Below are positions 10,777 to 21,896 of a stretch of 55,598 nucleotides of DNA, piece by piece (position 1 is the first letter of the stretch; each line of letters begins with the position of its first letter). The position numbers and the translations under genes are program-made. The stretch is from sequence record DRR723986_23521, one strand, 5' to 3'. A model generated the notes under the pieces. That model worked only from the letters and a program-made list of their open reading frames with translations. It ran no database searches and was not told the DNA's origin.

Positions 10777-11397
10777 TTAGATTATAAATTCCCTTTTTGA
10801 AGGTCCTGCTCTAACTTCAGGGATGATATAAGATATATTATCAATTGCCAAAGCAACAGTACCATTTACTTGGATAGCAACCTTGGCTTTAACATTATAA
10901 TTTCCTAAGCTACGATTTTCACCAGAAAGCTTATCGGTTGGATTATTGAAGCGATCAGTTTTCTGATTGAGTTCGGTGACTTGAATGCCGTCAAAATCCC
11001 AGTTTGTATCTCCTCCATTTTGAATTTCTGAAATGTTAAGTTCGTAATCATTCCTATTCTCTGGTAAATCACTTGAATTATTTTGATTCGTTTGATACGC
11101 AAACTTAAAACCATCTTCTTGAGAAAGTATATTCTGAATAAGGTTTACATCAGTATCACTGTAATAGGTGATTCTCAGTTTCCCATCTTCATGTTGCTCA
11201 ATATTAATATGACAAACACCAATATTCTGAAGTTGTTTTTTTACTGCTTCTATAGTATTTTTAGCATCTTCAGAAGAAATATTCGTATCAGAAAACTGTA
11301 TTACAATTTGTTGGTTAGGCACAATTGTTTGCTCTACATACGTTCCTAAAAACACAAAGAGCATTACAATAATTCCTAATTGTAATTTAATTTTCAT
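10777..11397 (-). CDS. Exported protein with C-terminal RAGP motif; candidate translation-arrest (secretion monitor) peptide upstream of secDF
   Basis: N-terminal hydrophobic signal/anchor; ends ISYIIPEVRAGPSKREFII; RAGP codons at 10801-10812; same strand, 145 nt upstream of secDF. Confidence 0.7.
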   Translation of the reverse strand: MKIKLQLGIIVMLFVFLGTYVEQTIVPNQQIVIQFSDTNISSEDAKNTIEAVKKQLQNIGVCHINIEQHEDGKLRITYYSDTDVNLIQNILSQEDGFKFAYQTNQNNSSDLPENRNDYELNISEIQNGGDTNWDFDGIQVTELNQKTDRFNNPTDKLSGENRSLGNYNVKAKVAIQVNGTVALAIDNISYIIPEVRAGPSKREFII

Positions 11398-11443
11398 GCG
11401 GTAAATATAGAAAAAATATAGGATTTCTCTACAGATTTACGAA

Positions 11444-12580
11444 TTACGTATGTCTATACTCCCTATTTTGAATAACAGGTATTGAAGATTTATTATCTTT
11501 TGGAGTATTCTTAGGTTTTTTACCATAACCGATAAGCATAAAGGAATGGTTAGGAAGGAGTTTATTGGCAGCAATAGCGATAAGCATACTTACTCCCACT
11601 AAAAGGGCAATTATGATTGCATAAGACAATAACGCATAATTTGATAAATCTAAATTAAAGTAATCTGTTATAACAAAAATCAGCTTTAAAACATAGACAT
11701 GCAAAAAGTAGATTGCAAAACTCGTGTTAGCTAGATTATTAATAAAGTTGCTTTTTATATGCTCAAATCGGTGTAACCAAATCATAAAAAATAAGCAAAC
11801 AAAAACCATTTTAAAAATTAAAGTATCTACACCATCATAAGTTAAAAATTCATTCTTATACAATCCTACATCTCCCATATTAGTCTGTAAAACAACAAAT
11901 AAAACAATTATTAACAGCAAGTATATTTCTTTACCTTTTAATAATTTGTAAATCCTGTCTTTATGTATCGCACAGATAATTCCCATCAGATATAAAGGAG
12001 TAAAATAAACTACAGATTGTATAGCCTGAAATAGAAATAGGCGTTCATAGGGTCTTTGAACACATGAAGCTATAATTAAAAGCATACTAAATATAATAAG
12101 CTGTTGCTTTAATTTTAGTTTAATAAATGCCACATGCAATGGTGACATTATTGCCATTATTAATACAAAAGGAATATACCAATACGCTGTAATGTGAGCG
12201 CCAGATATCAGGTATTTAAATGTAGATACTAACTGCCAAGGCAATCCATTATTAGCAACCAAATCAGAATTATCCCAATAGCTTGGAATTGTAATTAAAC
12301 AAACCAGTATTGGTAATATAGATAAGAATAAATACGGTTTTAAAAAACGATCTACTCTTGCCTTTAAAAAATCTGAATAATTATATCTCTTATATAAAAC
12401 AATATAAAAGAGAAAGCCAGAAATAAAAGAAAAGTTTAATGTCGAACCGCTAATAGCGTTGAATAGAAATTTGCTTGTGTAAGTATCTAATTGTACATCC
12501 GAAACAAATCTTGCATGCACAGCAACTATAAATATAATCGCTAATGCTCTGTAGTGATTAAGAGAATTTAAATACTTCAT
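11444..12580 (-). CDS. Acyltransferase family 3 (OafA-like) membrane protein
   Basis: RALAIIFIVAVH, FSFISGFL, YWYIP, SFAIYFLH; many TM segments; ATG 12580 preferred to TTG 12595. Confidence 0.88.
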   Translation of the reverse strand: MKYLNSLNHYRALAIIFIVAVHARFVSDVQLDTYTSKFLFNAISGSTLNFSFISGFLFYIVLYKRYNYSDFLKARVDRFLKPYLFLSILPILVCLITIPSYWDNSDLVANNGLPWQLVSTFKYLISGAHITAYWYIPFVLIMAIMSPLHVAFIKLKLKQQLIIFSMLLIIASCVQRPYERLFLFQAIQSVVYFTPLYLMGIICAIHKDRIYKLLKGKEIYLLLIIVLFVVLQTNMGDVGLYKNEFLTYDGVDTLIFKMVFVCLFFMIWLHRFEHIKSNFINNLANTSFAIYFLHVYVLKLIFVITDYFNLDLSNYALLSYAIIIALLVGVSMLIAIAANKLLPNHSFMLIGYGKKPKNTPKDNKSSIPVIQNREYRHT

Positions 12581-12790
12581 ATTTGGTGCATTCAAAGTAT
12601 AAATCGTTTATCTCATCTAATAGGTGTTAATAAGATTAACCATACTTTAATTGTTCCAAATGTATGTTTGGGATGCGTTCATACCATAAAAAATAGATGA
12701 AATCATTAAAATCACCTATAAGAAGGCATTTTACAAGCTAATAATGAGCTTTATAAGGCAATTACAGTACATATTCTACTATCATAGAAT

Positions 12791-12820
12791 AAAAAAGAGG
12801 CCTGAAAAAGTCAGGCCTCT
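12791..12820 (-). terminator. Intrinsic terminator after mdh
   Basis: AGAGGCCTGA-aaaag-TCAGGCCTCT with a T tract on the minus strand. Confidence 0.85.
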
Positions 12821-12844
12821 ACTATTTTCAAAACGCTTATTTTA

Positions 12845-13771
12845 CTATAAATCTAATAAGCCATTTGTTTTCTTAACACCTACAGCACTTTCTATCATGT
12901 GTGCTTTTTCAGCAGCGCTTAATGGTACATCTACAATTTTTTCAATTCCATTTCTACCTAATACTACAGGCACTCCAATACAAAGATCACTTAAACCATA
13001 TTCACCATCTAATAATGTAGAACATGGGAATATTTTCTTTTGATCACATGCAATTGCCTGAACCAATCCACTTACTGCAGCACCTGGTGCATACCAAGCA
13101 GATGTTCCTAGTAACTTAGTTAAAGTTGCACCACCAACCTTAGTATCAGCTGCAACTTGGTTTAAACGTTCTTCTGAAATAAATTCAGATACATTAATAC
13201 TATTTCTTGTCGCATGGGATATTAATGGCACCATACCTTTATCACTGTGACCACCAATTACCATACCATCTATATCACTAATTGGCGCATCTAAAGCTTC
13301 TGCCAACCTGTATTTAAAACGAGCAGAATCTAAAGCTCCTCCCATACCAATGATTCTGTGTTTTGGAAGATCAGTTGTTTGGTGTACTAAATAGGTCATA
13401 GTATCCATAGGATTACTTACAACAATAAGGATAGTATTTGGCGAGTGTTCTACTAAACTAGCAGAAACTGATTTTACAATACCTGCATTAATACCAATTA
13501 GTTCTTCTCTTGTCATTCCTGGCTTACGCGGAATACCAGATGTTATCACACAAATATCACTATTTGCAGTTTTAGTATAATCACTTGTACTTCCTGTAAT
13601 TTTAGTATCGAATCCGTTTAAAGAAGCGCACTGCATTAAATCCATTGCTTTACCTTCGGCATAGCCTTCTTTAATGTCTAAGATTACAACTTCTGAAGCA
13701 AAATTTTTAATTGCAATATATTCTGCACAACTCGCTCCTACGGCACCTGCACCAACTACTGTTACTTTCAT
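12845..13771 (-). CDS. mdh: Malate dehydrogenase
   Basis: GAGAVG, PRKPGMTREELIGINA, VSNPMD, LDSARF, GGHSD. Confidence 0.96.
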   Translation of the reverse strand: MKVTVVGAGAVGASCAEYIAIKNFASEVVILDIKEGYAEGKAMDLMQCASLNGFDTKITGSTSDYTKTANSDICVITSGIPRKPGMTREELIGINAGIVKSVSASLVEHSPNTILIVVSNPMDTMTYLVHQTTDLPKHRIIGMGGALDSARFKYRLAEALDAPISDIDGMVIGGHSDKGMVPLISHATRNSINVSEFISEERLNQVAADTKVGGATLTKLLGTSAWYAPGAAVSGLVQAIACDQKKIFPCSTLLDGEYGLSDLCIGVPVVLGRNGIEKIVDVPLSAAEKAHMIESAVGVKKTNGLLDL

Positions 13772-13815
13772 GTTTTATAATTTTTTAATGTGAAACAACT
13801 CGTTTTAAACGACTG

Positions 13816-13823
13816 CAAAATTA
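13816..13823 (-). promoter_or_regulatory. -7 promoter element for mdh
   Basis: TAATTTTG on the minus strand. Confidence 0.55.
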
Positions 13824-13843
13824 CGAATAAAATCGCTTTAAAT

Positions 13844-13874
13844 AAAGAAAGCACAAGAGTAAATCTTGCGCTTT
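13844..13874 (-). terminator. Probable intrinsic terminator
   Basis: AAAGCACAAGA/TCTTGCGCTTT stem with one G-U pair, downstream of the 13902 gene. Confidence 0.6.
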
Positions 13875-13901
13875 GATATTATTGATTTGTAATAATTTAA
13901 T

Positions 13902-14918
13902 TTATCTAAAACCGAAGTTTACACCAACTGAAAATGTATCGAATTCTGAAATATTATATTCAGCATTTAATCTAAAAAAACCTAGTTTTAATTTAGCACC
14001 TAACGTACCTCTTAAGGCCGAAATGTCAGATGAAACTGAAATTGGATCAACTATTGTTTCTGAGGTCAGTAGTCCATCTGTAACTCTATAACTTCCTGTA
14101 AGATCTGATTCTGATGTACCGCTTATTAATCCTAAACCACCATAAAAATTAATAACTGGCAATTTTGTTGATGCAATCAACTGAAACAGCCATGTATTGG
14201 TACTATTTTTTAACTTCTGATTTTCACCTTCTATTCCTGAAGACTCTGTAATATCGTAAGACCCGTTTACATGATTATAAGCTACGAAGCCAGATAAAGA
14301 CACTGGCCATATCTTTTCTGCTGGTAACCATTTTGTAAACTCTAGTTGAAGACCAGCACCATACATACCTAAACTGATATTATCCGTATCAATTTCTGGT
14401 ATATAGCGTACCTTTATTTCTAGACCACTCCCTATACCAACTGCGCCTTGTAATGTCGCAGTAGGCAGTAAATTAGAACTTGCATCGCCAATGCCTTGTG
14501 GCAATTCTAACTGCACGGTTTGTGAGCCAAAGATGGGATCATCATATTCTACTTCTACAAAAATAGATGGATTATTCTCACCAAGCACTGAGGGAACCGA
14601 CTGAGAACTTGGACCTTGAACAAATTGTACATTGCTATAATCTGCTGTATTCATTGTAAATGACTGATCCTCATCTTTTATTAGGGCTGCATTTGTAATA
14701 ATTGAAATTTCGAAACCTCCTAAAGGTTTAACCTTTGCTGTATTAAACCAATTAGCATTCATGCTATGCATTAATCCATTGGCTCCAGGAGCTAAAAAAT
14801 CGTTTGCAAAGCGCTCTGCATCTTCAACACCTGCGGTTAATAATACATCTATATCATTCTGGGCTCTACCATAAAATGTAGTCAAAAGAAATACTATTAA
14901 TACACTAATTCTTTTCAT
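13902..14918 (-). CDS. DUF6588-like outer membrane protein
   Basis: ATG 14918 gives signal peptide MKRISVLIVFLLTTFYGRAQ; TATATTTG at 14942-14949 supports this start over 14993; beta-barrel-like C terminus VGVNFGFR. Confidence 0.75.
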   Translation of the reverse strand: MKRISVLIVFLLTTFYGRAQNDIDVLLTAGVEDAERFANDFLAPGANGLMHSMNANWFNTAKVKPLGGFEISIITNAALIKDEDQSFTMNTADYSNVQFVQGPSSQSVPSVLGENNPSIFVEVEYDDPIFGSQTVQLELPQGIGDASSNLLPTATLQGAVGIGSGLEIKVRYIPEIDTDNISLGMYGAGLQLEFTKWLPAEKIWPVSLSGFVAYNHVNGSYDITESSGIEGENQKLKNSTNTWLFQLIASTKLPVINFYGGLGLISGTSESDLTGSYRVTDGLLTSETIVDPISVSSDISALRGTLGAKLKLGFFRLNAEYNISEFDTFSVGVNFGFR

Positions 14919-15049
14919 ATCAGTTAAGTTTAATCTTGTTACAAATATATCAAAATATACACCTAAAACGCATTTTATCGTTCTTAATTGCATTTTATCG
15001 TGTTTTTAAATATATTTTAGTTGTAAAAGTCCGTTACTTTAAGGCACAA

Positions 15050-15075
15050 AAAAATACCCAATTATGGGTATTTTT
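15050..15075 (-). terminator. Intrinsic terminator after gyrB
   Basis: AAAAATACCCA-atta-TGGGTATTTTT. Confidence 0.8.
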
Positions 15076-15101
15076 AAGTTTTTATAATTTAGAATTATTA
15101 C

Positions 15102-17042
<1,941 letters not shown>

Positions 17043-17116
17043 TTATTATTTATTGCTATTTATTATTCTTTTATTGCATAAAAAAAGACGCCTTCTGCGC
17101 CTCCCTTGAGTACAAG

Positions 17117-17124
17117 CAAATATA
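17117..17124 (-). promoter_or_regulatory. -7 promoter element for gyrB
   Basis: TATATTTG on the minus strand. Confidence 0.55.
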
Positions 17125-17447
17125 CGAAATAAAGACGCATTTTAAAAGCCATTTAGGGACTTAATTACATAATTATTAACAATTGTTAAAAACCCAAAAG
17201 CGCCTTAAAACAGCTAAAAAGTGTCTTAAATTAAATTTGAGTAATTTTTTTCCCGTTCATATAATAGGAAATAAATAAAATTGATTAGAAGTCTTAATTT
17301 TTGTTTTTTTATTGAATTTCAAACCCATTATACTGCCTTTGGAAAGGTCTTAAAAAGTGTAAAATCCCAAAAGTGTTTTTAATTCGTTACAAAACTCAAA
17401 CATTACTCATTATAAGATTAAAGGTAGGTACAGATTATATCTTAATA

Positions 17448-17681
17448 TTAAGCAATCATTGTATTAAAAATCTCTGCGAAATTAATGTAATCATCCTGGT
17501 TTCCATCTCCACCAATATCTTGAGATAAATGGGTTTCTCAGGCAATTAGTGTTTTTTTAAGTAATGCTTTTGTGTTAGATAACTCATTTTCTAACTGGTT
17601 GACGCGTTCCTCTACGCTGTTGGCTTGTTCTTGTTGTTTTTCTAATTCATCTTGTTGTAATAAATCCCAGAAGATTCCCAT
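17448..17681 (-). pseudogene. Small coiled-coil protein gene interrupted by in-frame TGA
   Basis: MGIFWDLLQQDELEKQQEQANSVEERVNQLENELSNTKALLKKTLIA*(TGA 17538-17540)ETHLSQDIGGDGNQDDYINFAEIFNTMIA*. Confidence 0.6.
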
Positions 17682-17717
17682 GATTATATATTTTTTAGTT
17701 TAGTAAATTAAACTCTT

Positions 17718-18452
17718 TTAATTTATACGTTGCTTAATTTCATTTTCAATATTGACAATTAAATCATTTATTTTTAAACCAATACGTTTTCCTTCTCGCA
17801 CACCCTTGGATCTTGTAAACAATAGCAATGAGATAATATTTGCAAACTCCTCATTGTCTTTAAGTGCTTCAAAATCGTTAGGTCTAGCATATTTTAAATT
17901 CAGAGAATCTCTTAAAAAATGTTTTGTATAAAATGGCATACTTATGGTTTGATTAATGTTCCACTCCCATTTATCCCAATCACCAATTAAGTAAGCATAT
18001 TCATTATCGTAGATATCTACTATCTGCATTTTTAAAGAATCGTTTTGCACTAAATCAATTCCTTTTGTTTTTAAGGTTTCATAAGCAGAATAGTATAAAT
18101 ATGGTGTATACCATGTTGGTATTGATCCAAATGTTTTATCAAGCTTTTCCGTTTCTGGTAAATCTTCTTTTATGTAATACAATAGTTTTCTATACATCTC
18201 TGTCTGCTTATAATTATCAACTACCATAGTATCTATAGACTTTTTGGATTCTACTAAATCTGATTGTATGTTTTGCAGCAATTCTAACTCAACTAACCTC
18301 ATTTTTCGATTTTCATTCCAATTATTAATCTGTAGTGCTATTAAGATTCCAACAACTACGAGAAGAATTTCACCAATAGCGTATTTAAAGTATTTTCCCA
18401 TATTGTTTTCTTGGATTATTGAACGACGGATATGGCGGAAGAATTTAATCAT
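17718..18452 (-). CDS. DUF6090 family protein
   Basis: MIKFFRHIR...YFKYAIGEILLVVVGILIALQINNWNE signature. Confidence 0.85.
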   Translation of the reverse strand: MIKFFRHIRRSIIQENNMGKYFKYAIGEILLVVVGILIALQINNWNENRKMRLVELELLQNIQSDLVESKKSIDTMVVDNYKQTEMYRKLLYYIKEDLPETEKLDKTFGSIPTWYTPYLYYSAYETLKTKGIDLVQNDSLKMQIVDIYDNEYAYLIGDWDKWEWNINQTISMPFYTKHFLRDSLNLKYARPNDFEALKDNEEFANIISLLLFTRSKGVREGKRIGLKINDLIVNIENEIKQRIN

Positions 18453-19194
18453 TCTTTAGTACCATATTAATTAATGTCTTAATAGTGTCTATTTCTTTTT
18501 TCATTACTTGAAAGCTTGCCATGGAGGTTTCTTCGGATATACTTTTCCACCGATGTACGCCTTCGTAAACTAAAATTAACTCTTTCAAATTTCTACCAAT
18601 GTTAAAAAATTCCTTCATTTCAGGTTGATAAGCCAATCGTTTAGGTAGGGTTGTAGAGCCTAGTAATGGATTTAATCGCTGAATAATTCCATTCTTACCT
18701 TCGTCAGTATAGTTAGCTTTCTTGATGGTCAATTCTTGTTGCCGTTTTAAATCGATTAATCGATTTCGTATTTCTGATGGAATTAAACTAATATCGCCAC
18801 TATTCTGAAGTGATTCTATAGTACTAGAATTAAATGTAAACGAGGTTGATAATACTGGAAGTTTTGCGATTTTCTCATAAACTTCTACCGGAGTAAGCGT
18901 CTCTTCACTATAGTAGGAGTTTTCATAACCTTCAAGATCTTTTAAGTAGTTTTCAAACTTATTTATAGTTTGATCTGCAAAAATGACGTCCTTATTTAAA
19001 TCTTCTAATAATTGCACATAGTACTCTTGTGTTTTAGCTTCTAATTTTGATCTTTCATTCCAATTATTAATTTGTAACGCAATAAGAATCCCGATAACAA
19101 CAAGTAGTATTTCGCCTATGGCGTATTTGAAGTATTCACCCATTTGATTTTGTTCGAGTAAAGATTTACGAATATGTCTAAAAAATTTAATCAT
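18445..19194 (-). CDS. DUF6090 family protein
   Basis: Same N-terminal signature; overlaps the next gene by 8 nt. Confidence 0.85.
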   Translation of the reverse strand: MIKFFRHIRKSLLEQNQMGEYFKYAIGEILLVVIGILIALQINNWNERSKLEAKTQEYYVQLLEDLNKDVIFADQTINKFENYLKDLEGYENSYYSEETLTPVEVYEKIAKLPVLSTSFTFNSSTIESLQNSGDISLIPSEIRNRLIDLKRQQELTIKKANYTDEGKNGIIQRLNPLLGSTTLPKRLAYQPEMKEFFNIGRNLKELILVYEGVHRWKSISEETSMASFQVMKKEIDTIKTLINMVLKND

Positions 19195-19303
19195 TGCTTA
19201 CAGGATTCTGCAAGCAGGTAATTAAAGTAGAGTTGGATGGTTAATATCTATATGTTTATAAATGTAAGAAAAGGTTACAAGACATAGGCTTATCTCTATA
19301 TAT

Positions 19304-19331
19304 AAAAAGGCGAACCACACGGTTCGCCTTT
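19304..19331 (-). terminator. Intrinsic terminator after asnB
   Basis: AAAGGCGAACC-acac-GGTTCGCCTTT. Confidence 0.85.
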
Positions 19332-19403
19332 AAATTGAAGCACATATTGTATTAGTAAGTTGAACAGATTCTCAAAGCTACATTCTAAGAATCCATAAGT
19401 TGA

Positions 19404-21065
19404 TTAATATGCATCTTCATGCACTTTTGCTACTGCTCTACCAGATGGATCGTTCATATTTTTAAACGCTTCATCCCACTCTAGTGCAATTTTAGTACTA
19501 CAAGCCACACTTGGTTCTTGTGGCACACTTAAGGCAGCTGCATCGCTAGGAAAATGACCTTCAAAAATTGTTCTGTAGTAATACTCTTCTTTATTCTGTG
19601 GTGTTTGTATTGGATATCGGAAATGTGCATTTGCTAGTTGCTCATCACTTACCTCTGCTTCTACAATTTCCTTTAAGGTATCAATCCAACTATACCCTAC
19701 ACCATCACTAAATTGTTCTTTTTGTCTCCAAGCTACACTCTCAGGTAACATGTCTTCAAAGGCTTTACGAACTACCCATTTTTCCATACGCTCTCCATTA
19801 ATCATTTTATCTTGTGGGTTGATACGCATTGCCACATCCATAAATACTTTATCTAAAAATGGAACTCGTCCTTCAATTCCCCAAGCTGCTAAACTTTTGT
19901 TAGCGCGCAAGCAATCGTACATGTGCAACTTGCTTAATTTACGCACAGTTTCTTCATGAAATTCTTGTGCATTTGGTGCCTTGTGAAAATATAAATAGCC
20001 ACCAAATAACTCATCTGCACCTTCACCAGATAATACCATTTTAATACCCATAGACTTAATAACTCTTGCCATTAAGTACATTGGCGTACTAGCTCTTATG
20101 GTAGTTATATCATATGTTTCAAGCTGATAAATAACATCTTTAATTGCGTCTAACCCTTCTTGAATGGTAAATTTTATTTCATGGTGTACTGTACCAATAT
20201 GATCTGCTACTTTTTGCGCCGCAGCTAAATCTGGCGACCCTTCTAGTCCAACTGAAAAACTGTGTAATTGTGGCCACCACGCTTTTTCTTTGTCATCTGC
20301 CTCAATTCTGCGCTCTGAGTATTTCTTTGCTATTGCAGAAGTTACTGAAGAATCTAATCCACCAGATAACAAAACTCCGTAAGGCACATCACTCATTAAC
20401 TGTCTGTGCACAGCGTCTTCTAAGGCTTGTCTTACCTCAGCAATACTAGTTTCATTATCTTTTATAGCTTCATAATCTTCCCAATCACGTTTATACCATT
20501 GTACTAATTCACCGTCTTTACTACTCATGTAATGTCCTGGTGGGAATAATTCAATTTTTGTACAAACACCCTCTAAAGCTTTTAACTCAGACGCAACGTA
20601 AAAAGTACCATGCTTGTCCCAGCCCATATATAATGGAATAATTCCCATATGGTCTCTAGCAATGAAATACTCATCTTTATCAACATCATAAATAGCAAAA
20701 CCAAAAATGCCATTCATTTCATCTACAAAATCAACACCTTTTTCCTTGTACAGTGCTAATATTACTTCACAATCACTTTCTGTCTGAAACTTGTAATCTG
20801 GAAATTGAGCACGTAAATCTCTATGATTATATATTTCGCCATTTGCTGCTAAAATCAATTTCTTATCTTCACTAAATAGAGGCTGCTTACCAGAAGCAGG
20901 ATCTACGATTGCCAAACGCTCATGAGCCATAATAACTTTATCATCACTGTAAATACCACTCCAATCTGGCCCTCTATGTCTAATGGTTTTTGCCATTTCT
21001 AAAACCTGAGGTCTTAATTTCTCACTCTTTTGTTTTATATCAAACGCACATACAATACCGCACAT
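19404..21065 (-). CDS. asnB: Asparagine synthase B (glutamine-hydrolysing)
   Basis: MCGI N terminus, HRGPD, NGEIYNH, LSGGLDSS, SGEGADELFGGY. Confidence 0.97.
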   Translation of the reverse strand: MCGIVCAFDIKQKSEKLRPQVLEMAKTIRHRGPDWSGIYSDDKVIMAHERLAIVDPASGKQPLFSEDKKLILAANGEIYNHRDLRAQFPDYKFQTESDCEVILALYKEKGVDFVDEMNGIFGFAIYDVDKDEYFIARDHMGIIPLYMGWDKHGTFYVASELKALEGVCTKIELFPPGHYMSSKDGELVQWYKRDWEDYEAIKDNETSIAEVRQALEDAVHRQLMSDVPYGVLLSGGLDSSVTSAIAKKYSERRIEADDKEKAWWPQLHSFSVGLEGSPDLAAAQKVADHIGTVHHEIKFTIQEGLDAIKDVIYQLETYDITTIRASTPMYLMARVIKSMGIKMVLSGEGADELFGGYLYFHKAPNAQEFHEETVRKLSKLHMYDCLRANKSLAAWGIEGRVPFLDKVFMDVAMRINPQDKMINGERMEKWVVRKAFEDMLPESVAWRQKEQFSDGVGYSWIDTLKEIVEAEVSDEQLANAHFRYPIQTPQNKEEYYYRTIFEGHFPSDAAALSVPQEPSVACSTKIALEWDEAFKNMNDPSGRAVAKVHEDAY

Positions 21066-21304
21066 AATTTTTTCTTTTATTATTAATTATGACACAAATA
21101 TGAGCCTAAACTTTAATATTATAAACATATAAGCAATTATTGGTTTCAATATAAAATCAAAATATACTATTAAATATAATTATGTTATATAAAACATAGT
21201 AAATGACTCATTATACTACTAATTTGTAAATTTTAATACTTCTTTACCATTATCTAGATTGATTAAACTCTAATTTTGACAAAACCAATTTTTTAAAAAT
21301 TATT

Positions 21305-21844
21305 ATGAAAACTACACGACTAATTACAACCGTTGCCTTTGCATTTATGATGCTATTATCATTTAACGCTGAAGCGCAAAATTTTAGAGGCTTAGACAAA
21401 AGCCCTATGGATGCAACATCTTTAGGTAGAGGAAGCAAACAATTGGCTAAAGTCTATTATAGTAGACCACAACTAAAAGGTAGAACTGTTGGGAAAGAAA
21501 TTGCCACATTTGGTAAGGTTTGGAGAACTGGTGCTAATGAGGCTACTCAATTAGTTCTTAACGTTGATATGAAACTGAATGGCACGACGATTAAAGCTGG
21601 AACGTATTCTATTTTTACTATTCCTGGAGAAAAAGAATGGAAAGTAATGATTAGCTCTGACATTAATAATTGGGGAGCTGGTGGATATAGTGAAGATAAC
21701 ATTGTAGCCAGTATTACTGTACCTGTTACTGAAGGAAAAGAATCTTTAGAAGCATTCTCAATGGCTTTTGAAGCCACTGATGATGGTGCTCATCTTCATA
21801 TGGGCTGGGACAAAGTAAGAATTGCTGTTCCTTTTACAAAATAA
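21305..21844 (+). CDS. DUF2911 family secreted protein
   Basis: Signal peptide; YSRP..KGR, VWRTGANEAT, GTYSIFTIP; TAATTTTG at 21271-21278. Confidence 0.9.
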   Translation: MKTTRLITTVAFAFMMLLSFNAEAQNFRGLDKSPMDATSLGRGSKQLAKVYYSRPQLKGRTVGKEIATFGKVWRTGANEATQLVLNVDMKLNGTTIKAGTYSIFTIPGEKEWKVMISSDINNWGAGGYSEDNIVASITVPVTEGKESLEAFSMAFEATDDGAHLHMGWDKVRIAVPFTK

Positions 21845-21861
21845 ACTAAATTACAGATTAC

Positions 21862-21896
21862 AAAAAGCGCCTTGAAAATTCAAGGCGCTTTTTTTT
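21862..21896. terminator. Bidirectional intrinsic terminator
   Basis: AAAAAGCGCCTTGAA/TTCAAGGCGCTTTTT between convergent genes. Confidence 0.88.

Noticed and set aside
12614-12719. ATAGATGA-N11-TCACCTAT and CATCTA-A-TAGGTG inverted repeats upstream of the acyltransferase
   Set aside because: Short and imperfect, with inconsistent spacing; cannot be distinguished from chance
14919-14993. Longer N terminus for the DUF6588-like ORF
   Set aside because: The signal peptide and a promoter element support ATG 14918
17423-17428. GGTAGG as a fourth ECF-like promoter
   Set aside because: No TGTTATAT box at the required spacing and no downstream gene on that strand
21181-21198. TATGTT-N6-AACATA inverted repeat containing TGTTATAT in the asnB divergent region
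   Set aside because: Lacks the GGTAGG box; short and in very AT-rich DNA, so chance is likely
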